Below are positions 16,369-24,587 of a stretch of DNA of 64,000 nucleotides, in pieces. Position numbers and translations under genes: made by a program. This DNA comes from a virus (Duplodnaviria; Heunggongvirae; Uroviricota; Caudoviricetes), in the IMG/VR virus record IMGVR_UViG_3300013121_000012, positions 85,427 to 149,426 of that record; one strand, written 5' to 3'. Numbering within the stretch: position 1 is the first letter of the stretch; every line of letters starts with the position of its first letter. The notes below the pieces were generated by a model, which worked only from the letters and a program-made list of their open reading frames with translations, was not told the origin of the DNA and did no database searches.

Positions 16369-16990
16369 GAACGAAGACATGCCACCAAGCATGCGCAAAT
16401 TTCTTTTTGCTCATAAAGAAATAACTTCCGGCAATGTAAGACAATCCACCTCCTAACATCAGATAAAATGGAAGATTGTCTATTGAATAAAAACTCTTAA
16501 GCGAAAGAACATAAGCTCCCGCGAGAATGCATTTTGTTAAAAACAAAGAAATGTAGTTCTTAAGTTTATGAATAAAGAATAATCTCTCTAGAATTCCAAA
16601 ACCAATGAGAATCCATATATAAGCGAGACTCGTATGCTCATTCAAATATGAGAGAATTGGCGTATATGTTCCACCGATTAAAAGGTAAATAGAGACATGA
16701 TCACAAGCCTGAAAGAATTTCTTATACGCTCGTTTTTGGAACGCATGATACAAAACTGAAAATGTGAAAAGATTCACAAGAGAAAGAACATAGACCAAAT
16801 TAGACCATACGTATTGTGTTTTAGCAATCAGAATTCCACCGAAAAAAGAGAACCCAAAAATAGCAGGCATGTGAGTGACGACGTTCATCACCTCTTCTAT
16901 AAAGAACTGCTCTGAGATTCTGTTGAATTTTTGCTTCTTCTTTTCGAGGAAGACGCGGATTTTTTTGAAGATGTGCACCATCGCCCTCAT
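16319..16990 (-). CDS. Hemolysin III / PAQR (YqfA-TrhA) family membrane protein
   Basis: EEVMNVVTH, SVLYHA, CDHVSIYLLIGGTYTP, HAWWHVFVLIGSVAHF; about seven TM segments. Confidence 0.9.
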   Translation of the reverse strand: MRAMVHIFKKIRVFLEKKKQKFNRISEQFFIEEVMNVVTHMPAIFGFSFFGGILIAKTQYVWSNLVYVLSLVNLFTFSVLYHAFQKRAYKKFFQACDHVSIYLLIGGTYTPILSYLNEHTSLAYIWILIGFGILERLFFIHKLKNYISLFLTKCILAGAYVLSLKSFYSIDNLPFYLMLGGGLSYIAGSYFFMSKKKFAHAWWHVFVLIGSVAHFLMIYYLTK

Positions 16991-17000
16991 AATATATTCT

Positions 17001-17423
17001 ATGGAAGATCTCGTTAGTAAATATTTGAAGCCGCATCGTGAAGCTATCGATGAGGGACTGAAAGATGCAGTAATCGCTGCTGGTCAGGGAATCAAAGCGG
17101 CAGCAGTAAAGACTAAAAAAGCATTCAAGAACATTGTTGACATAAAGAACAAAGAAGCGTTCATCGACAAGGTAATTAACACTCCAAAAGGCGGATCTTT
17201 CTCAAGCGATACTGAAAAAGAAGCAGACAAAATTATCTTTGAAAAGACTGGTCGCAGAATGTTTGTTGTAACTGATTCTGCTGGAAAGAAAATAGGCGAG
17301 ATGTATTTGACTCTAGATTATGTAAAATCTCCAATCAAAGCGAAGTCTAAAGAAGAGATGAATAAAGGTCTCAAAAACGACACAGCGATCAAAGCCGCCG
17401 TCTCATCTTTTAACAGCAACTAA
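17001..17423 (+). CDS. Hypothetical protein, possible capsid-internal protein
   Basis: Start at ATG 17001 (track ORF overlaps the opposite gene); MEDLVSKYL..EAIDE/GLKDA resembles a T4-type propeptide. Confidence 0.65.
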   Translation: MEDLVSKYLKPHREAIDEGLKDAVIAAGQGIKAAAVKTKKAFKNIVDIKNKEAFIDKVINTPKGGSFSSDTEKEADKIIFEKTGRRMFVVTDSAGKKIGEMYLTLDYVKSPIKAKSKEEMNKGLKNDTAIKAAVSSFNSN

Positions 17424-17447
17424 TATCCAAAAAAGCATATAATAGAT

Positions 17448-17738
17448 ATGCTTAAACTCCTGCTTGTTTTCATACTAGCGATATCTCCTATCGTTCCTCT
17501 TTCATTCGACAAAGACTATAAACCACAAGAACAACGATCATTAACGATGTGTCTTCAAGGCCCTTCGTCGTGCGCTTGCTGCGATGTATTCTTTGGAGAC
17601 TGCAGAAAACATACAAGCGTTTTCGTATTTCGTGGCCAATGCTCTCAGCTCGACGAATTCATATACGACATGCATTATTCTAAAACGGCCATGACGGAAG
17701 ACGAAGAAACAGCGCCCGGGGATGCCCCAGAAAACTGA
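17448..17738 (+). CDS. Secreted Cys-rich hypothetical protein
   Basis: Signal-like N-terminus; C..CACC..C..C. Confidence 0.6.
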   Translation: MLKLLLVFILAISPIVPLSFDKDYKPQEQRSLTMCLQGPSSCACCDVFFGDCRKHTSVFVFRGQCSQLDEFIYDMHYSKTAMTEDEETAPGDAPEN

Positions 17739-17758
17739 TTTTTTATCCCGAAGCGCCA

Positions 17759-17787
17759 TTTACAAAAATCAACAAGAAAGTTATAAT
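17759..17787 (+). promoter_or_regulatory. Strong sigma70-type (early) promoter
   Basis: TTTACA-17 nt-TATAAT. Confidence 0.8.
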
Positions 17788-17792
17788 AGATC

Positions 17793-18030
17793 ACTTCCCA
17801 GCTAACTCGGACGCACTGATATGAACTGAGAAGATGGCGACAAGGCGCCTACCAAAATGCATGCTGGTTTAAAGTACTGGTAACCATTTAGAAACTCTGT
17901 AAGTTGCGAGAAAGTACTCCAACACTAAAACATAAAAACTCTACTGTTAGTTGCAAATGATTTTAGAGGACACTCTTCGCCCTGGCAATCCGAAGTAAAA
18001 CGAGGCCGCGCAATACTATTTTTTTTGGAG
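17793..18030 (+). ncRNA. About 240-nt structured leader or ncRNA candidate
   Basis: No ORF over about 15 aa; several complementary blocks; follows the promoter and ends in a T8 tract before GGAGG. Confidence 0.4.
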
Positions 18031-18035
18031 GAAAT

Positions 18036-18158
18036 ATGAAAGTCAAATATAATCTTCGACTAATCATAGTCAATGTTTCAAGTAAATCGCACGTCATTTC
18101 ACATGCTTATCAGTTGGCAGAAAAACTGAAATTCCAAGTCAAATTGAGGTATGCATGA
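18036..18158 (+). CDS. 40-aa hypothetical protein (not in ORF track)
   Basis: GGAGG RBS; ATGA coupling to the next gene. Confidence 0.6.
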   Translation: MKVKYNLRLIIVNVSSKSHVISHAYQLAEKLKFQVKLRYA

Positions 18159-18421
18159 AAACATATTGGGATCTGACCAGTGCCGAACAAGATGCTGTCA
18201 TCGAACAGTTCGAAGCAACATACAACGATGAAACAACTGAAACACATCCGTTCCGTTGCTGCGATGAAACGAGAGGGTATTATACCCGCAAGGATGGAAA
18301 ACCTTGCACTCAAGAAGATGTCGATTTTGCCTATCTGTCACGATCACTCGGACAAAAAACTGAATTCACTCTCGAAGATGGTAAAGTAAAAGTCTATGGC
18401 TTTTGCGACCACGGAGATTGA
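18155..18421 (+). CDS. Hypothetical protein
   Basis: GAGGT RBS; 88 aa. Confidence 0.7.
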   Translation: MKTYWDLTSAEQDAVIEQFEATYNDETTETHPFRCCDETRGYYTRKDGKPCTQEDVDFAYLSRSLGQKTEFTLEDGKVKVYGFCDHGD

Positions 18422-18439
18422 AAACACGGAGATTGAAAA
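18410..18439 (+). repeat. 15-bp tandem duplication CACGGAGATTGAAAA x2
   Basis: Exact direct repeat at 18410-18424 and 18425-18439 carrying GGAG. Confidence 0.9.
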
Positions 18440-18640
18440 ATGATGAAAACAACATTTACATTTGATCGAATCGAAATTGAGGAACTCATTCGCCAAAAAC
18501 TTTCTGCTGCTCCTCATTCAAAATTCAATCAGGCGGTCGAAACTCTTAAATTTGATTTTGGAAAAAACTTCCCCATGCAACAAGATGTTGTTGTAACAGT
18601 TGAAGTCGAAAGACTTCCGACTTCGGTAATTCAACGATGA
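18440..18640 (+). CDS. Hypothetical protein
   Basis: 66 aa; RBS lies within the duplication. Confidence 0.65.
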   Translation: MMKTTFTFDRIEIEELIRQKLSAAPHSKFNQAVETLKFDFGKNFPMQQDVVVTVEVERLPTSVIQR

Positions 18641-18846
18641 CTCCGGAAATCGAACAACTTAAAAAAGATCTCGCTCTGAATCAGCATGAATCACAAGAGC
18701 TTGATATGGAAATCGCGGTGATGCGAAGGAAGATCTTCAAGAAATTCCTGTCTCTTTCTAAAAACGAGCAAGTGAAATTGCATCAACTCCTTCCTGAGTT
18801 GAATCTGTTACCAAAGGTATATCAGAAAATTGACACATACGCATAA
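18637..18846 (+). CDS. Hypothetical coiled-coil protein
   Basis: 69 aa; ATGA coupling. Confidence 0.65.
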   Translation: MTPEIEQLKKDLALNQHESQELDMEIAVMRRKIFKKFLSLSKNEQVKLHQLLPELNLLPKVYQKIDTYA

Positions 18847-18854
18847 GGAACAAC

Positions 18855-19340
18855 ATGGCAAAATTTAACATCGGAGACCACGTAGAATTTCAAGTAAATC
18901 GCCGTGGGCATGGCAAAAAAGTCGGAGTGATCGAAGATATTAAACGTCATCGGTCAGGTGTCGATGTATACAGAATTGCTGTGTACGACAAATCTCGTGG
19001 AACTTCTGAATTTTGGCGAGTTCCTGAAACTGATCCGGGGCTGAAAGCAACAAAGATTGCAAAAGGTTCTGATGCTGCACAAAAAATCGAAAAAGCAGTA
19101 AAAGATCGTGAAGACAAGAAAGTCGCCGCTGATCAGAAGAAGTGGGACTTCTATACTCAAGTCGCAAAACTTGGTATCAAGAAAACAAAAGTCAAAGTCA
19201 ATTACCGTGGTGGTGCTCGCTGGGAAACAATCACTGGTTTCAACAGAAATGGTGTTTACCCCTCAAGTCAACTGCATCGCCGCAAATCAGTTGCATGGCG
19301 ATTCATTCTCGATGTAGCTGAAAACAAGGAAGGTACATAA
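18855..19340 (+). CDS. Basic protein with two SH3/KOW-like segments
   Basis: FNIGDHVEF..GVIEDI; C-terminal VKVNYRGG..WETITG. Confidence 0.6.
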   Translation: MAKFNIGDHVEFQVNRRGHGKKVGVIEDIKRHRSGVDVYRIAVYDKSRGTSEFWRVPETDPGLKATKIAKGSDAAQKIEKAVKDREDKKVAADQKKWDFYTQVAKLGIKKTKVKVNYRGGARWETITGFNRNGVYPSSQLHRRKSVAWRFILDVAENKEGT

Positions 19341-19531
19341 TGCGTCTTGATGTTCAAATTCTCAAATCAAAAAACACAGAATTCGGAAGGATATATCTTA
19401 TCTGTAAGAATCCAGGGAAAGCTAACAAAGAGACTTTTCATCTAATTGTTGAAGGTGAAGTGGATGCTTTCTACAATACAATAAGAAAATCAATGGCTGA
19501 AGAGGCATTCAACAACTACAAGGAAATCTGA
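19340..19531 (+). CDS. Hypothetical protein
   Basis: 63 aa; TAATG coupling. Confidence 0.65.
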   Translation: MRLDVQILKSKNTEFGRIYLICKNPGKANKETFHLIVEGEVDAFYNTIRKSMAEEAFNNYKEI

Positions 19532-19532
19532 T

Positions 19533-19739
19533 ATGGCGAAGCGAAAAAAGAAACATCAACCAGTCATACGATCGATGATTCCAAAGTATGATTACGACAA
19601 TCCTAAAGAAGGTCGTTTCCAGAAAAAAGTGGACGCATTCATAAAAGAGTTTGAACAGCATCTTATGTTCATAACAGGATTTTTGATCGGTGTCGGCTGC
19701 GGCATCGGTATTGCAGCATGCAGAGGAACAATACAATGA
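19533..19739 (+). CDS. Hypothetical protein with C-terminal hydrophobic Gly-rich segment
   Basis: 68 aa. Confidence 0.6.
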   Translation: MAKRKKKHQPVIRSMIPKYDYDNPKEGRFQKKVDAFIKEFEQHLMFITGFLIGVGCGIGIAACRGTIQ

Positions 19740-20236
19740 TAAAAATCGTCGAAGGAAACATTCTCAATTCACCCGATACGTTCATCGCTCATCAGTGCAA
19801 TTGTACTGGTAAATATGTCGGTGGAGTTGCGGCAGCAATATTCGAAAAGTGGCCGAGTGCAAACGACAACATTCGCTCAACACAAGGAAAATTTGGAGAA
19901 ATCAAAATCCATAAAGTTGAGAAAAAGAAATTTGTCGTCAACATGTTCGCGCAATACAATGGCGGAGGGTTGGTAGAAAAAACCGGAAAAGATTCCGCTG
20001 TCGATCGAATGATAAAATTCGTTAGCTGTTTGTTTGAAATGCAGCGCGAACTCAAAGATAAAACAAAACGCAGATTTCTTAAAGATCTTCCACTGACGAT
20101 CTCTTTTCCATATCTTATTGGATGCGGAATTGCGGGTGGAGACTGGCAGATATATTCAGAGCAACTTAAAGGTTTCGCATATGCTATCGACAGCATGGGC
20201 GGGCAAGTAACGCTCTACAAATTTACACCAAAATAA
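19736..20236 (+). CDS. Macrodomain (ADP-ribose-processing) protein
   Basis: IVEGNIL..IAHQCNC..GGVAAAI, VVNMFAQY, FPYLIGCGIAGGDW. Confidence 0.9.
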   Translation: MIKIVEGNILNSPDTFIAHQCNCTGKYVGGVAAAIFEKWPSANDNIRSTQGKFGEIKIHKVEKKKFVVNMFAQYNGGGLVEKTGKDSAVDRMIKFVSCLFEMQRELKDKTKRRFLKDLPLTISFPYLIGCGIAGGDWQIYSEQLKGFAYAIDSMGGQVTLYKFTPK

Positions 20237-20245
20237 GGAAACAAA

Positions 20246-20428
20246 ATGAACCAAGCTTACGAATCAGTGTACCTCATACTCATCGGTCTTTGGACTGCGT
20301 ATGAATTTACCACATGGACTGGTAACGCACCCGTGCGAAAAATGATCTCGTTTACTTTTGCGGTAACTGCAATTTGTATCGACATTCTTAAACTCGCGAT
20401 GCACTTCGGCTATATTGTAAAAGCGTAA
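20246..20428 (+). CDS. Small two-TM membrane protein
   Basis: AAGGA RBS; two hydrophobic segments. Confidence 0.65.
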   Translation: MNQAYESVYLILIGLWTAYEFTTWTGNAPVRKMISFTFAVTAICIDILKLAMHFGYIVKA

Positions 20429-20443
20429 TTCAAGGAGGAGAAA

Positions 20444-21223
20444 ATGACTATTATTGAATTCACAGAAGAAGCAAAAGAATTCTCGCGTCTTCTTGCTCCT
20501 CTTAAAATGGATGAAGTGTATTTCATCTCGCTCTCCGCAAGAAACAAGTACCTTGATCAGGCAGATCGTGACTTCTATTCTCTCGGACGCACAGAAATGT
20601 TTGCCCGCGAAATCATCACTAAGAACACAGACTTCGAGTTTGCATTCCGCAAACTCACTGGACATCTCTACGCAAGACGCACTAACAATGGAAAAGAAAT
20701 TCCAACGAAAGCAATCGTCTGCTACATGAACATCAATCCTACGTCTGTGCTCAAGGCAATTCAGCAATTCAAACGAGAGCTCGCAGAAGCAGAAGAAAAC
20801 ATCATGCGCAAAGTAATCCTTAACGGGAACGGAGCGAATGAAGCTGACTTTGAATTCTTCAAGAAAGCAAAAGGAAAACTCTATAACGCCTATCAAAGAA
20901 ATCACTCTCGTAAAGTATTCCTTGACATTGACGTCGACACAAAAGACATCAATGTTCTCACGACAATTCTTGCAAAACTCACTATGAATGATGCGAGATT
21001 CATTACGATTGAAACTCGTGGTGGATTCCATATCATGGTGAAATGCGACACGATAAAAGGAAACTATCTGTATAAATCGATCGAAGAGGCTCAGAAACTT
21101 ACAACAGCTGAAGTTATCTTTAATTCAAATGGAATGGTTCCATTTCCAGGAACTAATCACGGTGGATTTCTTGTTAAGATCAGAAAAGAATTTTCTTGGT
21201 CTTGGTTTAATGATAACTTTTAA
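20444..21223 (+). CDS. Archaeo-eukaryotic primase (AEP)-like protein
   Basis: FLDIDVD (DxD), ETRGGFH (motif II-like), VPFPGT; GGAGGAG RBS. Confidence 0.5.
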   Translation: MTIIEFTEEAKEFSRLLAPLKMDEVYFISLSARNKYLDQADRDFYSLGRTEMFAREIITKNTDFEFAFRKLTGHLYARRTNNGKEIPTKAIVCYMNINPTSVLKAIQQFKRELAEAEENIMRKVILNGNGANEADFEFFKKAKGKLYNAYQRNHSRKVFLDIDVDTKDINVLTTILAKLTMNDARFITIETRGGFHIMVKCDTIKGNYLYKSIEEAQKLTTAEVIFNSNGMVPFPGTNHGGFLVKIRKEFSWSWFNDNF

Positions 21224-21232
21224 GGATTTGAC

Positions 21233-21307
21233 ATGAAAGGTTGGCAATCTGTGGTAACACTAGCACTTCTTATCGGATTATTGGTGTTCATTTTCGCAAG
21301 AGGATAA
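21233..21307 (+). CDS. 24-aa membrane peptide (not in ORF track)
   Basis: AAGGA RBS; MKGWQSVVTLALLIGLLVFIFARG. Confidence 0.5.
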   Translation: MKGWQSVVTLALLIGLLVFIFARG

Positions 21308-21308
21308 T

Positions 21309-21710
21309 ATGACTATACAAGAAGAAAATCGGGTATTTAAAAATGCGTTCGGATTCATGGCGGTAATGATTTTTGTCGGAGCGTTACTATTTGTTCCACT
21401 CACAGTCGCATACTTACAATGGCAATCTCTGGTTTGGTTTGAGGCAACAGCTATGATTGGTATCTCGACTTTTGCTTTTGTCATTTTGTTCGGCTTATCT
21501 ATCGTTCGCGGAAGCGGAATAGAGTCGAGGAAGTGTGTCAACAAGATAGTCGAATATCAAGAAGAAATTATCAAGATTGGAAACACAAAAGAAAAAGATC
21601 TTCGTGATATAATTTCTATATACGAAAAAAAGGAAAAGAACTATAAGGCGATGCTCGAACTGAAAGAATCTCAAATTGAAGTTCTTTTGAATAAAATAAA
21701 AGGGACATGA
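21309..21710 (+). CDS. Two-TM membrane protein with coiled-coil tail
   Basis: Hydrophobicity pattern. Confidence 0.7.
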   Translation: MTIQEENRVFKNAFGFMAVMIFVGALLFVPLTVAYLQWQSLVWFEATAMIGISTFAFVILFGLSIVRGSGIESRKCVNKIVEYQEEIIKIGNTKEKDLRDIISIYEKKEKNYKAMLELKESQIEVLLNKIKGT

Positions 21711-21711
21711 A

Positions 21712-21936
21712 ATGTTCGAGGTCGGCGACAAAGTACTTTATCACTACTCTGGTGCCGACGTAATGTTTCCATGTAAGATTGCTAGAATAAGTATTCATCG
21801 CGGTGCTCCTAAAAAGAAGGAAAATGATACATATTCCCTTAAGGAGTATCGTCTAAAATGTACCATTCATGCGATTCTTCCTACTGGAGAAACTATCTCT
21901 GACGACATAACTAATTTCTACGTTAACATACAATAA
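21712..21936 (+). CDS. Small SH3-like hypothetical protein
   Basis: MFEVGDKVLY start pattern. Confidence 0.6.
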   Translation: MFEVGDKVLYHYSGADVMFPCKIARISIHRGAPKKKENDTYSLKEYRLKCTIHAILPTGETISDDITNFYVNIQ

Positions 21937-21938
21937 TT

Positions 21939-22676
21939 ATGAACAAAAAAAGACAACGCAAATTTATTATCGCCGAGCGTCGTAAGGAGGCTCGTGCGAT
22001 CAAGATGGAGCTAGACGAACTCTGGAAAACTACTCGTGTATACGTAACTCCAGAAAAACCTATTCGTGATGGATGGAAAAGATCATTCGTCATTCGTTAT
22101 CCACATATTCTTTCTGGGCAAAATTCGGCCGCTAGAGAATTACTTCCAATACTTCAAAGCGTTGCGTACTGCGATCGCAAAGACTTCATTCACAAAATCC
22201 ACTGGCCAGACGGCCGCCGCGGTTGGTATTGGGGTCCAGTAGAACAACATCTTCGTCATATTTCTAAAAGACAATATGAAACTCTTCGGCCAGATCTGCA
22301 ACAGTTTTTCCGTAAGCTTTCGCCATGGGAGATGACAAGTTCTATACGTTGGTCTCGCTGGTGGAAATTCATGATGGCCCCTGAATATGTATTCAAGAAG
22401 CCATATCTATATGATCTCAAAGTTGAAAAGAACTACAAGGATCGCGTTTTGCTTCTTGATCCTGATGCAGAGTCTCGTAAAAAAGAACTGAACGAAAAGC
22501 TTTATGGTAATTCAGATCTTTATGACAAGAAAGCGAAGCTATTAAACTTCAATAATGAGAATCACCCAGGTTACCGTTGGCGAAATAAAGTAGCAAACAA
22601 GATAGCAAACAAAGAATTCGAACAAGTTAAAATAAATAAACTAAGAGGAGGAAATGACGATGACGAACAAGATTAA
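21939..22676 (+). CDS. Basic, Trp-rich hypothetical protein
   Basis: 245-aa ORF. Confidence 0.7.
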   Translation: MNKKRQRKFIIAERRKEARAIKMELDELWKTTRVYVTPEKPIRDGWKRSFVIRYPHILSGQNSAARELLPILQSVAYCDRKDFIHKIHWPDGRRGWYWGPVEQHLRHISKRQYETLRPDLQQFFRKLSPWEMTSSIRWSRWWKFMMAPEYVFKKPYLYDLKVEKNYKDRVLLLDPDAESRKKELNEKLYGNSDLYDKKAKLLNFNNENHPGYRWRNKVANKIANKEFEQVKINKLRGGNDDDEQD

Positions 22677-23349
22677 AATGTTTCGCGTAGGTGGATGTGT
22701 TCGCGACGAAATTCTCGGCAAGAAAAGTAAAGACATCGACTATAGCGTCGAAGCCCCATCTTTCGAAATCATGATCACTCACCTTAAAGAAATGGGTGTT
22801 GAAATCTGGAAAGAATTTCCGGAATACTTTACTGCTCGTGGTAAACTTCGTGGCGAAGCCGTTGATTTTGTATTGTGCAGAAAAGACGGCGCATACAGAG
22901 ACAATCGTCGTCCAGATTCTGTTGAGATCGGTACTCTTTTTGATGACCTCGCGAGACGCGACTTCACAATGAATGCTATTGCCATCGACGACGAGACTGG
23001 TAAGTACATCGATCCATTTGATGGTGAGATGCATCTTCGTGCTGGTTTAATCGAAGTCGTTGGTTCTATCGATCGTCTTCGTGAAGATCCATTGAGGATC
23101 ATGCGAGCTCTGCGATTCTCTTCTACTCACGGTTTCACTATGAGTGAACGAGTACGTGATTTCATCAAATACGAATTTCATCTTCTTGGTAACATCTCAA
23201 GAGAACGAATCAAAGATGAAATGAATAAGATGTTTGAACACGACATCGATATGGCTTTCGCGTTTATGCGAGACTGGGATTTTGTGTTCGAGTTCGTATT
23301 CAAAAATCTCAATGTAAGTCTTTCGGCTACATTGCCGCACATCGGTTAG
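22654..23349 (+). CDS. cca: tRNA nucleotidyltransferase (CCA-adding / poly(A) polymerase family), compact
   Basis: VGGCVRD, KDID, DLARRDFTMNA, DPFDG, EDPLRIMRALRF, ISRERIKDE. Confidence 0.92.
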   Translation: MTMTNKIKMFRVGGCVRDEILGKKSKDIDYSVEAPSFEIMITHLKEMGVEIWKEFPEYFTARGKLRGEAVDFVLCRKDGAYRDNRRPDSVEIGTLFDDLARRDFTMNAIAIDDETGKYIDPFDGEMHLRAGLIEVVGSIDRLREDPLRIMRALRFSSTHGFTMSERVRDFIKYEFHLLGNISRERIKDEMNKMFEHDIDMAFAFMRDWDFVFEFVFKNLNVSLSATLPHIG

Positions 23350-23356
23350 GAGAATC

Positions 23357-23671
23357 ATGGAAGGTAACAGACTTCAATTATCAAAAATCGAACCAAAAAG
23401 AATTCGTCTTGAAGTTGGATATGTGTATAATGTATTCGACCATTGGGGAGACATTAAGAAAAGGATTGAAATCAAATCGATTAATCCTGTGACTCGTGCA
23501 ATAAAAGCGCACGTAACTACAGCGACTAACCGTGGAGATTACGATCACGTCTTTACTCCACAAAGTATAATTGACGAACTCAATTCAGAAATGCGTTACT
23601 CTCTTGCCGGAAAAATGGTCTTAAAGAAGAGACTATTCTTCGGCAAGAAACGCGTTTTGGAGAGTGTATGA
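23357..23671 (+). CDS. Hypothetical protein
   Basis: GGAG RBS; 104 aa. Confidence 0.7.
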   Translation: MEGNRLQLSKIEPKRIRLEVGYVYNVFDHWGDIKKRIEIKSINPVTRAIKAHVTTATNRGDYDHVFTPQSIIDELNSEMRYSLAGKMVLKKRLFFGKKRVLESV

Positions 23672-23922
23672 AAAATTTAATTTTTGCTTTTGGTTTGATC
23701 GTATCAGCAATATTGCTTCCTGCAATGGAAGCAATATTCGCTTTCACATGCGCTCCTGGTGGCGGAGTGTTAACAGCAATCGGAACATTTCAAGGAAAAA
23801 CTCTTCTTAAAGAAGGGAAGACTTGTTATCTCGTTCTCGATTCAGAAGAACCGCTCGCAAAACTGAAAAGTTGCCCAGTCAAATACGATCCTTTGAAAAG
23901 ACCTACATATAATAGAAAGTAG
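23668..23922 (+). CDS. Exported hypothetical protein
   Basis: Signal-like N-terminus; ATGA coupling. Confidence 0.6.
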   Translation: MKNLIFAFGLIVSAILLPAMEAIFAFTCAPGGGVLTAIGTFQGKTLLKEGKTCYLVLDSEEPLAKLKSCPVKYDPLKRPTYNRK

Positions 23923-23928
23923 GTAACA

Positions 23929-24093
23929 ATGAACAAAATCTATTGGACATATGTCGGATTCTCCATAGCGATTGTTGCAGTAATTGCATCTAAGCTTGGA
24001 CATTCCCCGATTTATGACACACGCAATTTTCTGTGGTCGGTAGCACCGACTGCTATAATGCTATCTCTAGCAAAATTAGTAGCAAAAGTCTGA
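23929..24093 (+). CDS. 54-aa two-TM membrane protein (not in ORF track)
   Basis: AGGT RBS; MNKIYWTYVGFSIAIVAVIA. Confidence 0.55.
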   Translation: MNKIYWTYVGFSIAIVAVIASKLGHSPIYDTRNFLWSVAPTAIMLSLAKLVAKV

Positions 24094-24100
24094 GGTCCTT

Positions 24101-24559
24101 ATGGACAAAAAAACAAAAGCAGTCAAATGTAAAGACTGCAAAGGCGTAGGTAAGATCCGTCAATATGTTCGCCCTCCTAATCTAGATGAAGATGATAGTT
24201 GGGGCTCACAAACAGATCGCTGGATTTCTTTTCTCAAAGGTTTGAAAAGAAAAACAGAAGAAGTCGAATGCCGTCATTGTAATGGTACTGGATTCGAAGA
24301 TCATAAAGAAGTGAAATTCGAATCAGTCAAACATGAAACAGAAAAAGCAATTCTTCTCGTCATCAACAAGAAAGAGATTTGGGTTGCTAAATCTATCATT
24401 GCAAAAAGAACAGAAAAATCTATTATCGTCCCTTCATGGACTCATCTTCTTACTCAAGAAGAATGGTATGAAAGAAGAACGAGAGCAAGATTTATGGCAG
24501 AAGAATTTGACCAAGAATATTGGGATTCTTTTGGATATGATCCGGCAGATTTCTTTTGA
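24101..24559 (+). CDS. Protein with DnaJ-type CxxCxGxG zinc finger
   Basis: CKDCKGVG and CRHCNGTG. Confidence 0.7.
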   Translation: MDKKTKAVKCKDCKGVGKIRQYVRPPNLDEDDSWGSQTDRWISFLKGLKRKTEEVECRHCNGTGFEDHKEVKFESVKHETEKAILLVINKKEIWVAKSIIAKRTEKSIIVPSWTHLLTQEEWYERRTRARFMAEEFDQEYWDSFGYDPADFF

Positions 24560-24587
24560 AAATCGTATAATGAAAGGTAGGTAACAA

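Noticed and set aside
17945-18040. tmRNA-like resume context TTAGTT-GCA-AAT-GAT
   Set aside because: No tRNA-like domain, no nearby stop or Ala-rich tag; likely coincidence.
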